64,000 nt of DNA from an uncultured delta proteobacterium (GCA_963769935.1 CAVYNY010000016.1:160001-224000), one strand, 5' to 3'. Counted from the stretch's first letter, positions 48,715 to 60,902 are shown. The notes: generated by a model not told the origin, from the letters alone. Translations and numbers: made by a program.

Positions 48715-49018
48715 GTTTAGTTGATCAGCTGGATGAGTTGATTAAGTTGATATGGTTAATTAAGGTGATTAGGTTGATTGAGGGAAATAAGGCGCTGTTC
48801 ACCATAAGCCGTTCGCCGTGCGCCCTGCGCCATCTAAATTCCACACCTCGCAACGCGCAACCGAGCCCGCACCCGCAACGCGCAACTTATTAATATCGTG
48901 GTATTTCAACAACTTCGCAAGTATCTAAAACTATAGCTTTTTCTTGACTTCACGCTGCAACAATAATACAATCAATATATTCCTTCGTCCTTAGGGACGT
49001 CTGAAATTGATAATCGTA

Positions 49019-49507
49019 ATGAGCACTCAAATGAAACGAAACGACCACGGCTTCACTTTAGTAGAAGTTGTCGTCGTAATGGTGCTGATCAGCATTATTG
49101 CGGCTGCTGTCTTTTCACACTCCATCACCACCGATCAGGTAAATTTTGTGGGCCAGGTGGATAAAATACGCCAGCAAATCCGCTATGCCCAGTCCCTGGC
49201 CATGAAGCGCAATGAGATCTGGGGCATAACAAGTAATTCGACTAAATACTGGCTTTTTAAGAACAATACTTCTGATACAGTTCAAATTCCGGGAGAGCAA
49301 AACGCTGAGATTTACCTATCCGCTCATGGAATCACGATGAACAGTTTTACCGTCTATTTTAATAAAAAATTTGGTGTCCCATACAAAAGCATCACCTTTA
49401 ATACACCGGTCAAACCAGATAATCCCCTGTTAATTGTCATTACGGCCGGATCACAAACGCGGACCTTGGTCATAACCCCGGAAACCGGACTAATCATTAC
49501 CCAATGA
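49019..49507 (+). CDS. Prepilin-type N-terminal cleavage/methylation protein (FimT/GspH-like)
   Basis: GFTLVE class III signal; IRYAQSLAM; ITPETG. Confidence 0.88.
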   Translation: MSTQMKRNDHGFTLVEVVVVMVLISIIAAAVFSHSITTDQVNFVGQVDKIRQQIRYAQSLAMKRNEIWGITSNSTKYWLFKNNTSDTVQIPGEQNAEIYLSAHGITMNSFTVYFNKKFGVPYKSITFNTPVKPDNPLLIVITAGSQTRTLVITPETGLIITQ

Positions 49508-49941
49508 AACTCTCCTATTCAAATATTGCTTCCAGCAAGGGCTTTACCCTGATTGAGGTCATTGCCACCATCATCCTTGTGGGGATTCTATCCGCATTTT
49601 TCATCCACTTTATGGGAACGGCCCTGAATCAAAGTTGGAAATCGGTGGAGCTGGTTGCGGGTGAAGCGGATGCTGAAGGCAAAATTGAAGAAATTATTGC
49701 CTATTATACCTCGAAAATAAACGACAACCCGGATACTGCGCTTTCGGATGTGGCTTCTGAATTTAGCGGCGAGGCGATCATGAAATTCATCGTGTTTAAC
49801 CCCATAACCAATGATGAAGAGACCGACAATTCGGGGGAAAACAGGAATTTAAAAGTCACCATTGAAGCCCCCGGCAATAATTTGACGACAATCCTGACCA
49901 AAAGCCGCACGGTCTCGAACGATCCGAAGGTAAGCTATTGA
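49504..49941 (+). CDS. Prepilin-type minor pilin/pseudopilin
   Basis: GFTLIE; overlaps upstream stop. Confidence 0.88.
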   Translation: MKLSYSNIASSKGFTLIEVIATIILVGILSAFFIHFMGTALNQSWKSVELVAGEADAEGKIEEIIAYYTSKINDNPDTALSDVASEFSGEAIMKFIVFNPITNDEETDNSGENRNLKVTIEAPGNNLTTILTKSRTVSNDPKVSY

Positions 49942-49949
49942 ATTTGATT

Positions 49950-50447
49950 ATGAATAACCGGCGAGGCTTCATACTTGTTGAGCTGATTGCCGTCATTGTA
50001 CTGATCGGCATTATTGGATCCTTCACCGGTTTTTTCCTCTACACGGGAATAAAGGGCTATCTGAGGAATAAAAGCAACACCGAGGGGGCTCTAAATGCTC
50101 AAATGGCGCTGGACCGTATTTCACTTGAATTGCGAAATATCAGTGAAATTACGCCCACACCTTCCAGTACGTCTGTCACCTATAAAAGTGCAACGCTGAC
50201 CGGGACGCGAACCCTAAAATACGTGGGCGCGGAGAAAAAGATAATAATTAATGTAGTTCCTAATGATTACATTTTATTAATGGATGTTTCATCGTTTACA
50301 TTATCATACGCCTATCAAAATTTAGACCACGATACCGGTTCTGTGCCGGAGGTTGCCCACATCGATGTTGGATTTAAACTGAGTGAAATCGACAAAACAT
50401 TCAGAACGAAAATCTTCCCTCGAAACATGGTAGAGAAAACCTGGTAA
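49950..50447 (+). CDS. Prepilin-type minor pilin/pseudopilin (PilW/GspJ-like)
   Basis: GFILVE, ALDRISLELR, PRN. Confidence 0.85.
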   Translation: MNNRRGFILVELIAVIVLIGIIGSFTGFFLYTGIKGYLRNKSNTEGALNAQMALDRISLELRNISEITPTPSSTSVTYKSATLTGTRTLKYVGAEKKIIINVVPNDYILLMDVSSFTLSYAYQNLDHDTGSVPEVAHIDVGFKLSEIDKTFRTKIFPRNMVEKTW

Positions 50448-50528
50448 CTGATTGTTAACTGACAGGTATTGCGATAGAACCACTACTGTTTAAGGGCAAT
50501 TTCGCATATTGGCTGCATAGAGGACTAA

Positions 50529-53500
50529 GTGAATATATTCAAAAATAAAAATTTTATATCCGGCACCGTGCGGAAGCTGTATCAATCCCTTTGGACCAGG
50601 AAAGGCAGCGTCCTGGTTTACCTGATTGTCGTTCTCTTAATATTCGGGGTGTTGGGCGTAACCATGGTGTCCCTGTTTACAACTGCTACTTCCAGCTCCG
50701 CAACTCCCAACAATGCCCGGCGCGCTGATTACGCGTCGGAATCCGGTATGCGCTATGCCTTCAGCGAACTGCGCAATACGGATTTTGCAACCGCCACCAT
50801 CAACAAACTTAACAGTACCGACAGCTTACACCCTCGATACTGGTCAGACTTTCAGCGTTAACGTATTCGGTCCCTGGTTTGATGCAGCTTTGGATCAGGA
50901 TCTCCCAGCGGCGGCCCCATCTACGCTGACGGTGCCGGAGGGAAAAATGCCCTGCGGGCTTTACCATTCCCCTCGGCCTGTGGGTGGTAAACTATGACTC
51001 CCTGGACCAGCCGCCGTTATCTGCGCAGGTTAATAGTGTGTTAGGGGGAGGGGCCGGCACCACGACCCTGACAATTGTCACCGGCACTGAGTTTTCATGT
51101 CAACAAGGGCGAGCGGGTCTGTCTGGCTGTCAAACCCTATGGGGATCCGGGGCCTTTTATTGATGGCGGCAGCATCGATGAACTCGAAGTACAAATAGAA
51201 GCCAAAAATTTTTTCCCCAAGAATGACGGTGCCATCAACATCAGAGGATTCGACTACGTTTATAAAAAGCGGCGCGATGAGTCGGACAGGGTGGTATTGG
51301 AAAACATCTCAGCGTCAAGCATGCCCAATAGGGAACCTCCACCTTCTCCGCTGGACTTGTCCGCTGATGATCTCATCGTCCTATCGCCCCGCAACCACAT
51401 CGTCATACCCACCGGCACCTCGGATACCGTAACGATGGGAGGCACCCTCGACACGGCTTTAAATATTTCCGATCTGGCGACCGTTAAGCCGATGACTCGC
51501 AATCCCGACATCGATATTAGTCGCGAAAACCTTTTGACTGCTTTTAATCAGAAAGAAACCAACACGGCCTTTATCAACACTAATAACACTGATAAAACCA
51601 TTGACGTCGGGGGCGGGGAGGCTATCAAAGATAATCCTGAATTTGGCTCGGTCTGGTTTAGCGCCAACAAAGACATCGGCGGCGCGACGTCGGTTTGTAA
51701 TGCAGGCGCCTGCGAGTTTAAGCAAGGTGTAAGGATCTTTTTTACATTGGATTACTCGGGTACCGCCGATGGGTTCACGCTGGCCCTGATCAATGCCGCC
51801 CACAACACGACCGCTTCCACCGGCGGTGATTTAGCGATGGGTGAGCTGCTGGGGTATGGGGGTGACAGCCGAAAGATTGTCATCCCGGCGGGCTCAACGG
51901 TATCTGCAGAGAATTTTTTGGACAGCACCGGTGCCGGTCTTCAGCCTCCCAAAATGGCCCTGGAATTTGACACCTTTACCAACCGGGATTCACTCAAATA
52001 TTGCCAGGGCACAACCCAGGTCAACAGCAGCCGCAACGATCCGTTTGACCACAATAGAGACGCCGTCCAGTACGTTTTCTGGGGTTTTAACAGTCTGACG
52101 ATGTCGTGCCGCGACTATTGGTTATCCGGAACTAAGGTCGTCGATCATGGCTCCTACGACGACAACCGCCACGACTCCGGCGAGCTCGATCAACCGTGGA
52201 CATATACGACTTCGGGGGCTGTGAGATCAACTCCCGCCGTCGCCGATGACGGCACCATTTACGTGGGCTCGGACGACGGGCGCCTGTATGCCATCAATCC
52301 GGATGGATCCCTGAAATGGAAGTCCGCCGACATTGGTCCGGTTAAATCCTCACCTGCGATCGGACTCAACGGGGTTGTCTATGTCGGAACAAACAATTAC
52401 ATGATTTATGCCTTTGAAAAGGATTCCGGGAGTCAGGCTTCACTTCCCTTTACAGCATTGGGAGCCTTTGAGTCTTCGCCGGTGATTGGTGCCGGGGGCA
52501 AAGTCTACGTGGGATCGGACGATGGAATTTTCTACGGTTTAACACCAGATCTGCAAAAGGAATGGGAGTTTCAGACCCCACCTCCGATATCCTATGGTCG
52601 CCCGGCGATAGGCCCGACTGGCATCATCTACGTGACCAGCCGGGCCGATGTCAATAGCAGGGTTTATGCGCTCAATCCCGCGCAGCGTGAACTTGATCCG
52701 ACAGGTGTGGATTTCCCCAGAACAAACGAGTGGGCGTATGATGTCGGCAGCGGCTGCCACTATATGCCGGGAGTCGACCCGACTACCGGGACCATTTATT
52801 CAGATCACAGCAACGCCAAAATTGTAGCCATAAAACCCGGCGGTGCCCAGGATTGGGTATTTGATCTGGGATCGGATATTGATTCCACGCCGGTGGTGGG
52901 CAGTGACGGCACCGTATACGTTGGGGCCGACAATGGGCATCTATACGCCATAAATCCCCAGGACCGCAAAAACGGTGAAATATTTCCGGTCTCGGGAAGA
53001 GAGTGGGTCTTCCAAGATCCCGCCGATACGCTGAGAACCATCCCGGCCATCGCCCCTGATGGCACTATTCTGGTAGTGTCCTACGACGATACCCTTTACG
53101 CCGTAAATCCGGACGGCACCAAAAAATGGACGTTTCCGATTCCGGTTGACGGCAGCGAGCCAACCTCATCACCGACCGTCGGCAACGAGGGGGTAGTCTA
53201 TGTGGGTTCATCCGACAGCAAACTTTACGCCATTAACAACTTTGCGGAACCCCGCAATTTCAAAGATATAGTGGTAAGCTCCGTCAATGACGGCGGCAAT
53301 ATCAAGGTCGCCGGACAACCTGTTACGGTGGATAGTGAGCTGAACTGGTTAAACGGCGACAGTTCCGGCACAAATCCCAAGGGCCCCTGGGGCGTCCGAA
53401 TGGAAGTAATGCGCAGTCTGACCCCAAATGCCAACTCAAAATACGAATACACCCTGCACGCCTGGATTCGGCAGTGTGATTCCGCCGACTGCGGCAACAT

Positions 53501-53714
53501 CTTCGGAACTTTTTATGAAGACACCCGTATAGAATACGCAGTGACACCTGATCTTGACCAGACGATCGAATTAAGCCCAACCGAACACGCCGACTTCACC
53601 CGCTTCCTTTTCGGCTTTACCGGCGCAACCGGTGCAGGCACCTGGCAAAGTGCCGGAATTGCGGATTTAAAATTGAGTTTTATCCGGGCCAACGATCCGA
53701 TCGCCAGTGATTAA
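50529..53714 (+). CDS. PilX/GspK-like N-terminus fused to large lectin-like + PQQ-type beta-propeller adhesin; frameshifted at ~50820-51075
   Basis: KGSVLVY (no Glu5), RA.YASESG; later ADGFTL, ALEFDT, repeated SSPAI..DGTIYVGS.D..LYA, FGFTGATG. Confidence 0.75.
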
Positions 53715-53835
53715 GTCAACCCTATGGTTGCAAGAATAGTCTGCCAAGGTTCGCAGCAGCGCATAAGCATTTAGGCCTGATTAAGATTAGGATGTTGATG
53801 CTGAACACAACCTAAAGTGATTGCCACCATTCTAC

Positions 53836-53906
53836 CGTAGAGTGGGCATCGCCCACCGATAGATAGCAGCACTCGGTAATTTTTGGTGGGCAATGCCCAC
53901 CCTACG
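53836..53906. repeat. GTAG-type REP doublet (REPIN-like)
   Basis: CGTAGAGTGGGCATCGCCCACC...GGTGGGCAATGCCCACCCTACG. Confidence 0.75.
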
Positions 53907-54103
53907 CTAAAGAAGTTTTGCAACTTAGGAAGACCAATTTGCAAATACCACGAGGGCGCTTGCCACATCCAACCAATCCCCTATGCAGGAAAGAAATTGA
54001 AGTCTATCTGATTGCTTTGTTTCTTGTTCCATAAAACTTTGTCGTTTAAAAGGCATACTTTTCGGAATTTAAGTTAGATGATTTCCTAAAAAGTACCCGA
54101 ATC

Positions 54104-54173
54104 GTCATGCCGGGCTTGATCCGGCATTCAGCACATATGGGATGGACAGGATTCAGGCATTCTCCGGAATGAC
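54104..54173. repeat. GTCAT..ATGAC REP-like doublet
   Basis: GTCATGCCGGGCTTGATCCGGCAT...CCGGAATGAC; related to 57644-57717. Confidence 0.6.
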
Positions 54174-54284
54174 AGCAAAAAGGGAAAATTGCCCTTTTAC
54201 GATTTAACACAGTAAGGTTTATTCAATTTCAGGCAGTATATATGAATATGAGGGCGGGAAATGACACGAGGCTATTTTTTATAA

Positions 54285-54360
54285 GTGGGAGCGGCTTTCA
54301 GCAGCTATTGGAGAACCATATCAACTTCATTTCACCATCGCGGCTGAAAGCCACTCCCAC
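54285..54360. repeat. GTGG-type REP doublet
   Basis: GTGGGAGCGGCTTTCAGC...GCTGAAAGCCACTCCCAC. Confidence 0.75.
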
Positions 54361-54395
54361 TTTTTCTTTGAGGTTACCAAGGGGGGGTATTATAA

Positions 54396-55058
54396 TCATC
54401 TATTCCTAAATTTTTTCCTGCCGAATCCTGCCAAGCCAACCAACCCGGTTCCAAATAATAGCAAGGTGTCAGGCTCGGGAACGGGATTCACTGTTATACT
54501 AGCAGAATCAGGCTCAGGAGCCAGCGTCAGCTGAATTCCATTTTCATCAGACAAATAAATTTCCGATAAACTTAAAGGACTATTGCCTGGGGCTATAGTT
54601 TCAAAAGTTAAAGTGGCCAATAAAAAATCCTTAGGTTGATAAATTAAATAGGGGGGCAAAGAAGAAAAATTAGAAGGTCGCATTTCAAATTCTAGGAGTG
54701 AACTCTCAGCAATGTCCACTATATCCGAAGGAGTATTCATAAAACCAGGTAAAAAAACACTGGTAAGGGCCTGACTTACATCATCAGGGTTTCCAAGATA
54801 AGGTCCAAATACGACACTATTGATGCTATCTATGCTCAGAATGTTGGGATTAAAAATAATATTCATACTAAACGCAGCCAGGGAAGGCGCAGCGTTATCC
54901 CCCAAACCATATATAAGAATATCTACATCAATGGACTGACCAAGAAAAGTCGTTTGTGATTTTGGTTCAAGACCAATTTGAATTGCATACCCAGGCATCG
55001 AAAATAGAACTATTGTACCTATTATGATTGTAGTTATCAGAATTATTTTTTTTCTCAT
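54396..55058 (-). CDS. PEP-CTERM protein with cohesin-like domain
   Basis: Signal peptide; GQSIDVDI..L.AFSMNI.FNP.IL..LATLTF...PG.S.L.L; C-terminal VPEP+TM+RKKFRNR. Confidence 0.85.
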   Translation of the reverse strand: MRKKIILITTIIIGTIVLFSMPGYAIQIGLEPKSQTTFLGQSIDVDILIYGLGDNAAPSLAAFSMNIIFNPNILSIDSINSVVFGPYLGNPDDVSQALTSVFLPGFMNTPSDIVDIAESSLLEFEMRPSNFSSLPPYLIYQPKDFLLATLTFETIAPGNSPLSLSEIYLSDENGIQLTLAPEPDSASITVNPVPEPDTLLLFGTGLVGLAGFGRKKFRNR

Positions 55059-55086
55059 ATTCTTCCCCCCTTTTTAGCCTCCAACT

Positions 55087-57084
55087 CTATATTCCTATAA
55101 TTTCTTCAACCGGATCAGGTGCACATCTCGGATTTTTGCACTCCAATACACATTTGCGCGCATCGAGCACTGTTATTGTCCCATCCCTATCCGCATCGCG
55201 CGGATCATTATCGGATATCGCCGGTGTGTTGCGCGCATCAAGTATGAGGCTGATATCCGCCAGATCGACGATGCCGTCGCCATTTACAAAACACGCTTCA
55301 TTGGTAACTTCTTCTGCTTCGGCCAATATTGCAAGATCCGACAGCACCGGGCTCATTCCCGTACTATTGGATTTTAATGTCACCCGAACTTGGATGAATT
55401 GACCGGGTAAATTTAATTGCTGACCGTTGACCGGTACTGGAGTATAAGCAATTGAGCCTAAATTGAGTTCGGAATCGGCCGCCTTGGCATCAACTATTAT
55501 TTCAGTTCCCGGCGGTTTGCTGGCCTCAGCCTCGGTATTCCAGGTAATGGTAACCAGACTGCTTTCCATACCACTGTCATAGACGACCGTCCAAGTTCCA
55601 TCGGGTACACTTGAAACAATATTTACAACCCCGGTCATGTCACTGTAATTGTCGGGAGCCGCCCCATTTCCCAGGAGAACGGTTAAATCCACTGCGCCAA
55701 GCCCGCCTGCTGCATCGGGGTCGATTCGCATGACATTATCGGAATAAAGATTGGTCACCCATACCTTGCCGTTGGCGTCGACAGCAACACCCGTCGGATA
55801 ATCGCCATTATAGGGGAGAGGCGCGCCCGGGTGTAAATCAATAATCGAGAAAAGATTTCCGTCTTTATCCAATCTCGAAACCACATTGCCTCCATCCCCT
55901 TCAGCCCTGGCCACCCAGACATGGTTGTCTTTAGGATTGACTGCCACCCCCTCGCTGGACACATAATCAGGTAATATCGCTTTTGGGAATCCGTCTACAA
56001 TTTCAGGAGCAGTCGCATTAATTTTAACGATCTTGCTTTCAAGCCACATACTGTTCCAAATAAACCCCTCGCTGTCAGCTGCCAGACCGTATGAATGCCC
56101 GACCGGAATGCAGCCTCCTTCATTTGTCCCGGGATCATAGTAAAGCAAAGCGCTTGTATCCTCGCTTCCATTAATAATACTATCGTAATCAAAATCGGCC
56201 GACCAGATGACTCCGTTGGCGGCCACAAAACCACCGAATCCACCGCAGCCGAGGTCTGCAGCAGCGGCATCAAAGGAGTCCGAAACCGCCCCGGTTTGGT
56301 AGTCAAGCTTGTAAAACATTGCCGGGCCTCCGGGGTAACCGCCCACCCAGACATCATCAGCGGCATCGACGGACACGTGGTGGACATTGGGTGCACCGGG
56401 CAGTCGCTGGAATACTAAAATGCACTCGTCGACTGCATCCATAACAGTTGCGTTATCCTCAACATTGTCGGTTCCTCCGAGACCGTCTGTTCCGGCCGGC
56501 CAGGAAAGAATATTCCCCAGACCGCTGGAGGTTCTGATAAGACCGTCATGATTTCGATCGTCGCAGGTACTGTAAAGGGGATCCGCCAGGTAAAGGCCGT
56601 TAGGATTAGGGGTGCGGTCTTCGTCAACCCGGGTGCCGCCGATCGCAATACCGATCTTTACGACGGAACCGCTGGGGCTTCCCCCGGTCGCCGTGGGTTG
56701 AGCTTCATTCAGATTTGCTGTCCAGACATTGCCTTTGCTGTCCACGCTGGTCCGGGAGGGAGAGGCACTGCGCCCTATTGGTGCAGTGCGATACTCCCCG
56801 ATGATATCCCCGCTTTCAGCATCAATGCGTACAATCGTCCCGCGAGCGGTAGCCGCAACATTGACAAAAACAAAGGGAGTTTCATGCATGTCCAGCTGGA
56901 GCCGAGCTTCGTCCGGGTTTGCCGGGTCTGGTGTTTCAGGTTGGACGTTGACGTTGGTCAACTGGCCTATGTCAAATTCTTCACTGGTGGTATAGGTGAT
57001 ATAGGCTTGGTCAGCCATGGCCGGCTGACCTGCACACACAACAACAACAATAAATAAGAACATACTTAGCTTATTACCAAGCAT
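55087..57084 (-). CDS. Secreted NHL/Vgb-like beta-propeller protein with C-terminal dockerin-like domain
   Basis: Signal peptide; SPSRTSVD..GNVW, GVAVDANGKVWV, YSDMTG; C-terminal NGDGIVDLADI and DADRDGTITVLD Ca-loop pair. Confidence 0.8.
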   Translation of the reverse strand: MLGNKLSMFLFIVVVVCAGQPAMADQAYITYTTSEEFDIGQLTNVNVQPETPDPANPDEARLQLDMHETPFVFVNVAATARGTIVRIDAESGDIIGEYRTAPIGRSASPSRTSVDSKGNVWTANLNEAQPTATGGSPSGSVVKIGIAIGGTRVDEDRTPNPNGLYLADPLYSTCDDRNHDGLIRTSSGLGNILSWPAGTDGLGGTDNVEDNATVMDAVDECILVFQRLPGAPNVHHVSVDAADDVWVGGYPGGPAMFYKLDYQTGAVSDSFDAAAADLGCGGFGGFVAANGVIWSADFDYDSIINGSEDTSALLYYDPGTNEGGCIPVGHSYGLAADSEGFIWNSMWLESKIVKINATAPEIVDGFPKAILPDYVSSEGVAVNPKDNHVWVARAEGDGGNVVSRLDKDGNLFSIIDLHPGAPLPYNGDYPTGVAVDANGKVWVTNLYSDNVMRIDPDAAGGLGAVDLTVLLGNGAAPDNYSDMTGVVNIVSSVPDGTWTVVYDSGMESSLVTITWNTEAEASKPPGTEIIVDAKAADSELNLGSIAYTPVPVNGQQLNLPGQFIQVRVTLKSNSTGMSPVLSDLAILAEAEEVTNEACFVNGDGIVDLADISLILDARNTPAISDNDPRDADRDGTITVLDARKCVLECKNPRCAPDPVEEIIGI

Positions 57085-57257
57085 TCCCAGCCTCCTTTAA
57101 TTGCTGATCGGCAACACTGTGGCACTCAGTAACTTTTCCTTATACGGATACGGAGTATATTGCCGCCAGCTTATAAATTTTCCCCCGACATCGATCAGGC
57201 GATCGAAAAACAAAGATGTGATGCGCCCGCGGATTTGAACTTATTTACATTATTTTC

Positions 57258-57272
57258 GCAAATCGCGGACCA
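57258..57272 (-). promoter_or_regulatory. Candidate sigma54 -24/-12 promoter
   Basis: Minus strand TGGTCC-N5-TTGC; palindrome TTCCCAA..TTGGGAA about 130 bp further upstream as possible activator site. Confidence 0.35.
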
Positions 57273-57643
57273 GGTCTTAATGCTGCAAAAAACATGCACA
57301 AGACAACTCGTTTTTTATCGAAAAATAAAAATAAATAATTGAATTATATTAGCTTGTTAGCTTAATGAGTAAAACCCACTTCGCAAGACACTAACATTTA
57401 TTTCCCAATCGCTTGGGAAATAAATTTCACAATGGGAAGTGTTTTTCCACATTTTGGGGGGAGAGAAAGCGGGGGATTTTTGGAAACTGATTTTTTAGAA
57501 AGCGCGGATGGAATCGAGAGCAGGATCAAACCTCGGCGAGTTCAGTCGATTCGCCTCAAGCTAAAATACAAGAAATCGTGGTTTATGGCTGTTACCACAA
57601 GACGTTTATCCGAGCAGTCGGGGGATTTATTGCGTAATAGTTT

Positions 57644-57717
57644 GTCATTCCTGCGAAAGCAGGAATCCAGAGAGTTTCTCAGCGGCTGGAATGGATGCCC
57701 GCCTCCGCGGGCATGAC
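57644..57717. repeat. GTCAT..ATGAC REP-like doublet
   Basis: GTCATTCCTGCGAAAGCAGGAATCC...GGATGCCCGCCTCCGCGGGCATGAC. Confidence 0.7.
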
Positions 57718-57793
57718 GAGAAAAACACGCCGAGCCCTCGTTTATCCATCAACAACAAAGTTTTGAAAATTTCCAATCGACCATAGTGTCTGT

Positions 57794-60700
57794 CTATGAG
57801 GAAAGACCCTGGTCCAGCACCGACCGCACCGTCCCGGCAAGCTTGTCCATCACCAGGGGTTTGAGGATGAATTCGCGGATGCCCATTTCTTTGGCTTTCT
57901 CTTCGCTGATGCGCTCGCTGAATCCGGTGCAGAGGATCACCGGAATATCGGTCCGGATCTGCATGAGCTGCCCGGCCAGCTTTTCACCGGTCAGATTCGG
58001 CATGGTCATGTCGGTTATCACCAGATCGAATTGGTCCGGCCGGGTTTTGAAAAGCTCCAGGGCCTCTATGCTGCTGGTGCGGCATTCTACGGAATACCCC
58101 AGGCGCTCCAGCATTTGCCGGCCCAGATCGGCCAGCATTTTTTCATCGTCGACAAACAAAATGCGCTCATGGCCGGTGGCAGGCGCGCTGCCCTTTTGGT
58201 CGAACGGTGTGATCCGGCTTTGAATGATGGGAAGAAAGATTTCAAAGGCCGTGCCGCGGCCCGGTTCGCTTTGTACGGTGATGGCGCCGCCGTGGCTTTT
58301 GACGATACCGTGCACCACCGCAAGTCCCATGCCGGTTCCCTTATCCACATCTTTGGTCGTGAAAAAAGGATCAAATATGCGCTTCATGATATTTGCCGGC
58401 ATGCCGTGGCCGGTGTCCTCGACGCGCAGGCGGATATAGTCTCCGGGGTCGATGCCCAATTTGCGCGCCTCAAAGTCGGAGTCAATGGTTGCATCCGAAA
58501 GGACGATGGTGAGCGTCCCTCCGGTTTCGCGCATGGCATGGTCGGCATTGGTGCACAGGTTCATCAATACCTGGTGAATCCGGGTCGGATCCGCCAGGGT
58601 AGCGGAATGACTGTTTATGTCCTGCTGAATCGCAATGGTACTGGGCAGCGACGCCCTTAAAAGCTTGACGGCTTCCTTGACAATGAGCTCGACCTGGACG
58701 GGCTTTAATTCCTGCTCGGCCTGGCGGCTGAAAGCCAGAATTTGCTTGACCAGGTCTTTGGCCCGGTTGCCGGCAATTAGCACTTCCCGCAGGTTATTCT
58801 TCAGCAGGCTTCCGTCAAGGGCATCATCCAGGGCCATTTCCGTGTAGCCGATAACCGCTGTCAGGATATTGTTGAAATCATGGGCGATGCCGCCGGCCAG
58901 GGTTCCGATGGCCTCCATTTTCTGGGCCTGCTGCAGACGTTTTTCCAGCATTTTTATTTTCCTGCTCTGCTTGCCGCCTGGCGGTAATATCACGAGACAC
59001 CCCCAGGATCGAAACAACTTCCCCGGCGTCGTTGTACAGAAAACTGGCGGTGACTTCGACCCAGATGGTGGAGCCGTCTTTGTGGTACTGTTCAAGCTCC
59101 AGGATGCGCGACCGATGGGGATCGAGGGAGCGCTTCTTTTCTTTGGCCAGCTCTTCGATAATGGCTTTCTTCGCGATCTCAAATGACTGGGGTGTCAGAG
59201 ATGTCCTGCAGATCCTGTTCCATCAACTCTTTAGGGGTAAATCCCTGAAGACGTTCAACCGATGGGCTGACATAAGTAAATTTGGACAGAGAAAGGTCGA
59301 TGATCCAGATCACATCGGAGATGTTATCTGCCAGCAGCCGGTACTGGCGTTCGCTCTCTTTGATTTGCTTGAAGGATCTGGCGTTAATGATGCTGGTGGC
59401 GGTTTGCGAGGCAACTCCCATTAGGAGACTGGTTTCACTTTGGGTCAGACGGTTCTGCGAGTTGATGTTTTCAACCGCGAGCACGCCCAGTGACGCTTCC
59501 TCATAAACAATGGGCACACAAATAAAGGATTTTACCTCCATCTGACGGATAAATCGCGGGTTTTCAGGGTAAGGTCCTTTTCGATATCGGCAACATTTCT
59601 TACCAGAAAGGGCTTTTGTTCCTTAAAGGATCTAATAAAATGCCCTCCGGCATCAGGCTTATCAAGATGGAATTCGGTTCTGTGCAAAATTTTGCCCTGC
59701 TCCTCGGTGTATCCGAAGCCGGCGATAAACTGCAGGCGCGTCCTTGTACCGGTCGGCAAGCAAAATCATGCCGCGGTCAAAATACAGATGTTTTTCCATC
59801 ACCGCCACAACCGTGTCGGCGATTCTGTCTACATTTAAAATCTTGGAAATGGCCTGACCGAGTCTCATGCACCAGCAAGGCATTGCTGTGGCCGAACATT
59901 CATTTCATCCAGCAGATCCTTGGCGGCATTGCCCTGGGACTCGATGGTTTTGACCAACTCTTTTTTTTCGAGCTGGAAGCTGCTCAGAAAAATAATCAAA
60001 GATAAAAATGTCCAGAGCCAGGACCAGCGCCAGCGATGCCCGGGCGGAGACGACCGGATAAGACAAGCAGGCAGAGCAGCAGGCCGATGACGGGGGTGCA
60101 ATTGCTGATGCGCCGCCAGATAAGGGCCGGAGTTTTTTCCCAGGTCACGAATATAGCGGCAGCAGTCGCCGCCTTTGTGAATACACTCAGGATGCTCAAG
60201 CTCGGCAAATTTTTTGGTGACCAGCTTGGCCGACGCCTTCTAAGGTGCCGATTCGATTTTGACACTGATAGGGTTTCTCCCGGGTTCCCGGCGTGGGATG
60301 CGAGACAATTTCCACCTTGTTGGACCCTAATTTTTTGCTTTTTATTGCGGCCCCGCGCGACATGGCCTGCGCCAGTTTGCCGGTTTTCAGGTAAATTGAG
60401 GCCAGACCGATCGATCCCAGTGCATATTGTTTGGCGGCGCCGAGCCGCGTGGAAGAAACCGTGTACCGGCCGGCCTCCCGGGCAATTTTGGGGTTGCCGG
60501 TGCGGGTCACGATTGTCCGGTGAAGACGGTCCGCCTGATGCTGGGTGAACCAGTGGCCGGGATCCTCCACCTCGTATCTGGTCATTTCTGAATCCTGCAA
60601 CACGGCATCGATCTCAATGTCCGGGTAAAACTTCTCCAGATACTCAATATAGGTATTGATGATGCGGCTGTTGTAAAGGGGTGTGTTGTCATCTGCCGGC

Positions 60701-60864
60701 AGTTCTTCGACTTGATCCCGGTATATTCGGATCTTTTCCGTATGAAGACTGTGGACCTGGATGATCTCACCTGTTTGGCTCCGGGCAGAGACAGGCCCAT
60801 GGCTATCGGCGGCGGAATTGGAATTTTCTTCTAGTTGATCGATATTTCCAGTCATAGATTTCAC
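57794..60864 (-). pseudogene. Hybrid sensor kinase (N-terminal sensor, TM, GAF, PAS, HisKA, HATPase, REC) broken into at least six frames; probably sequencing indels
   Basis: Consecutive minus-strand fragments 60196-60864, 59996-60265, 59865-60101, 59662-59883, 59532-59759, 59179-59541, 57794-59182 join into one plausible protein; AHDFNN, GTGMGL, VDDE, TDMTMP. Confidence 0.75.
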
Positions 60865-60902
60865 AAGACGCGACGCATCTTACCGGTTGTTAGAGTCTTA
60901 AT

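Noticed and set aside
57794..60864. Programmed frameshifting or pseudogene decay as explanation for split genes (also 5770-5807, 30490, 38700-38790, 41195, 50820-51075)
   Set aside because: Indels are scattered over unrelated genes and clustered locally with otherwise intact motifs; sequencing/assembly indel error is the simpler explanation. Needs read-level checking.
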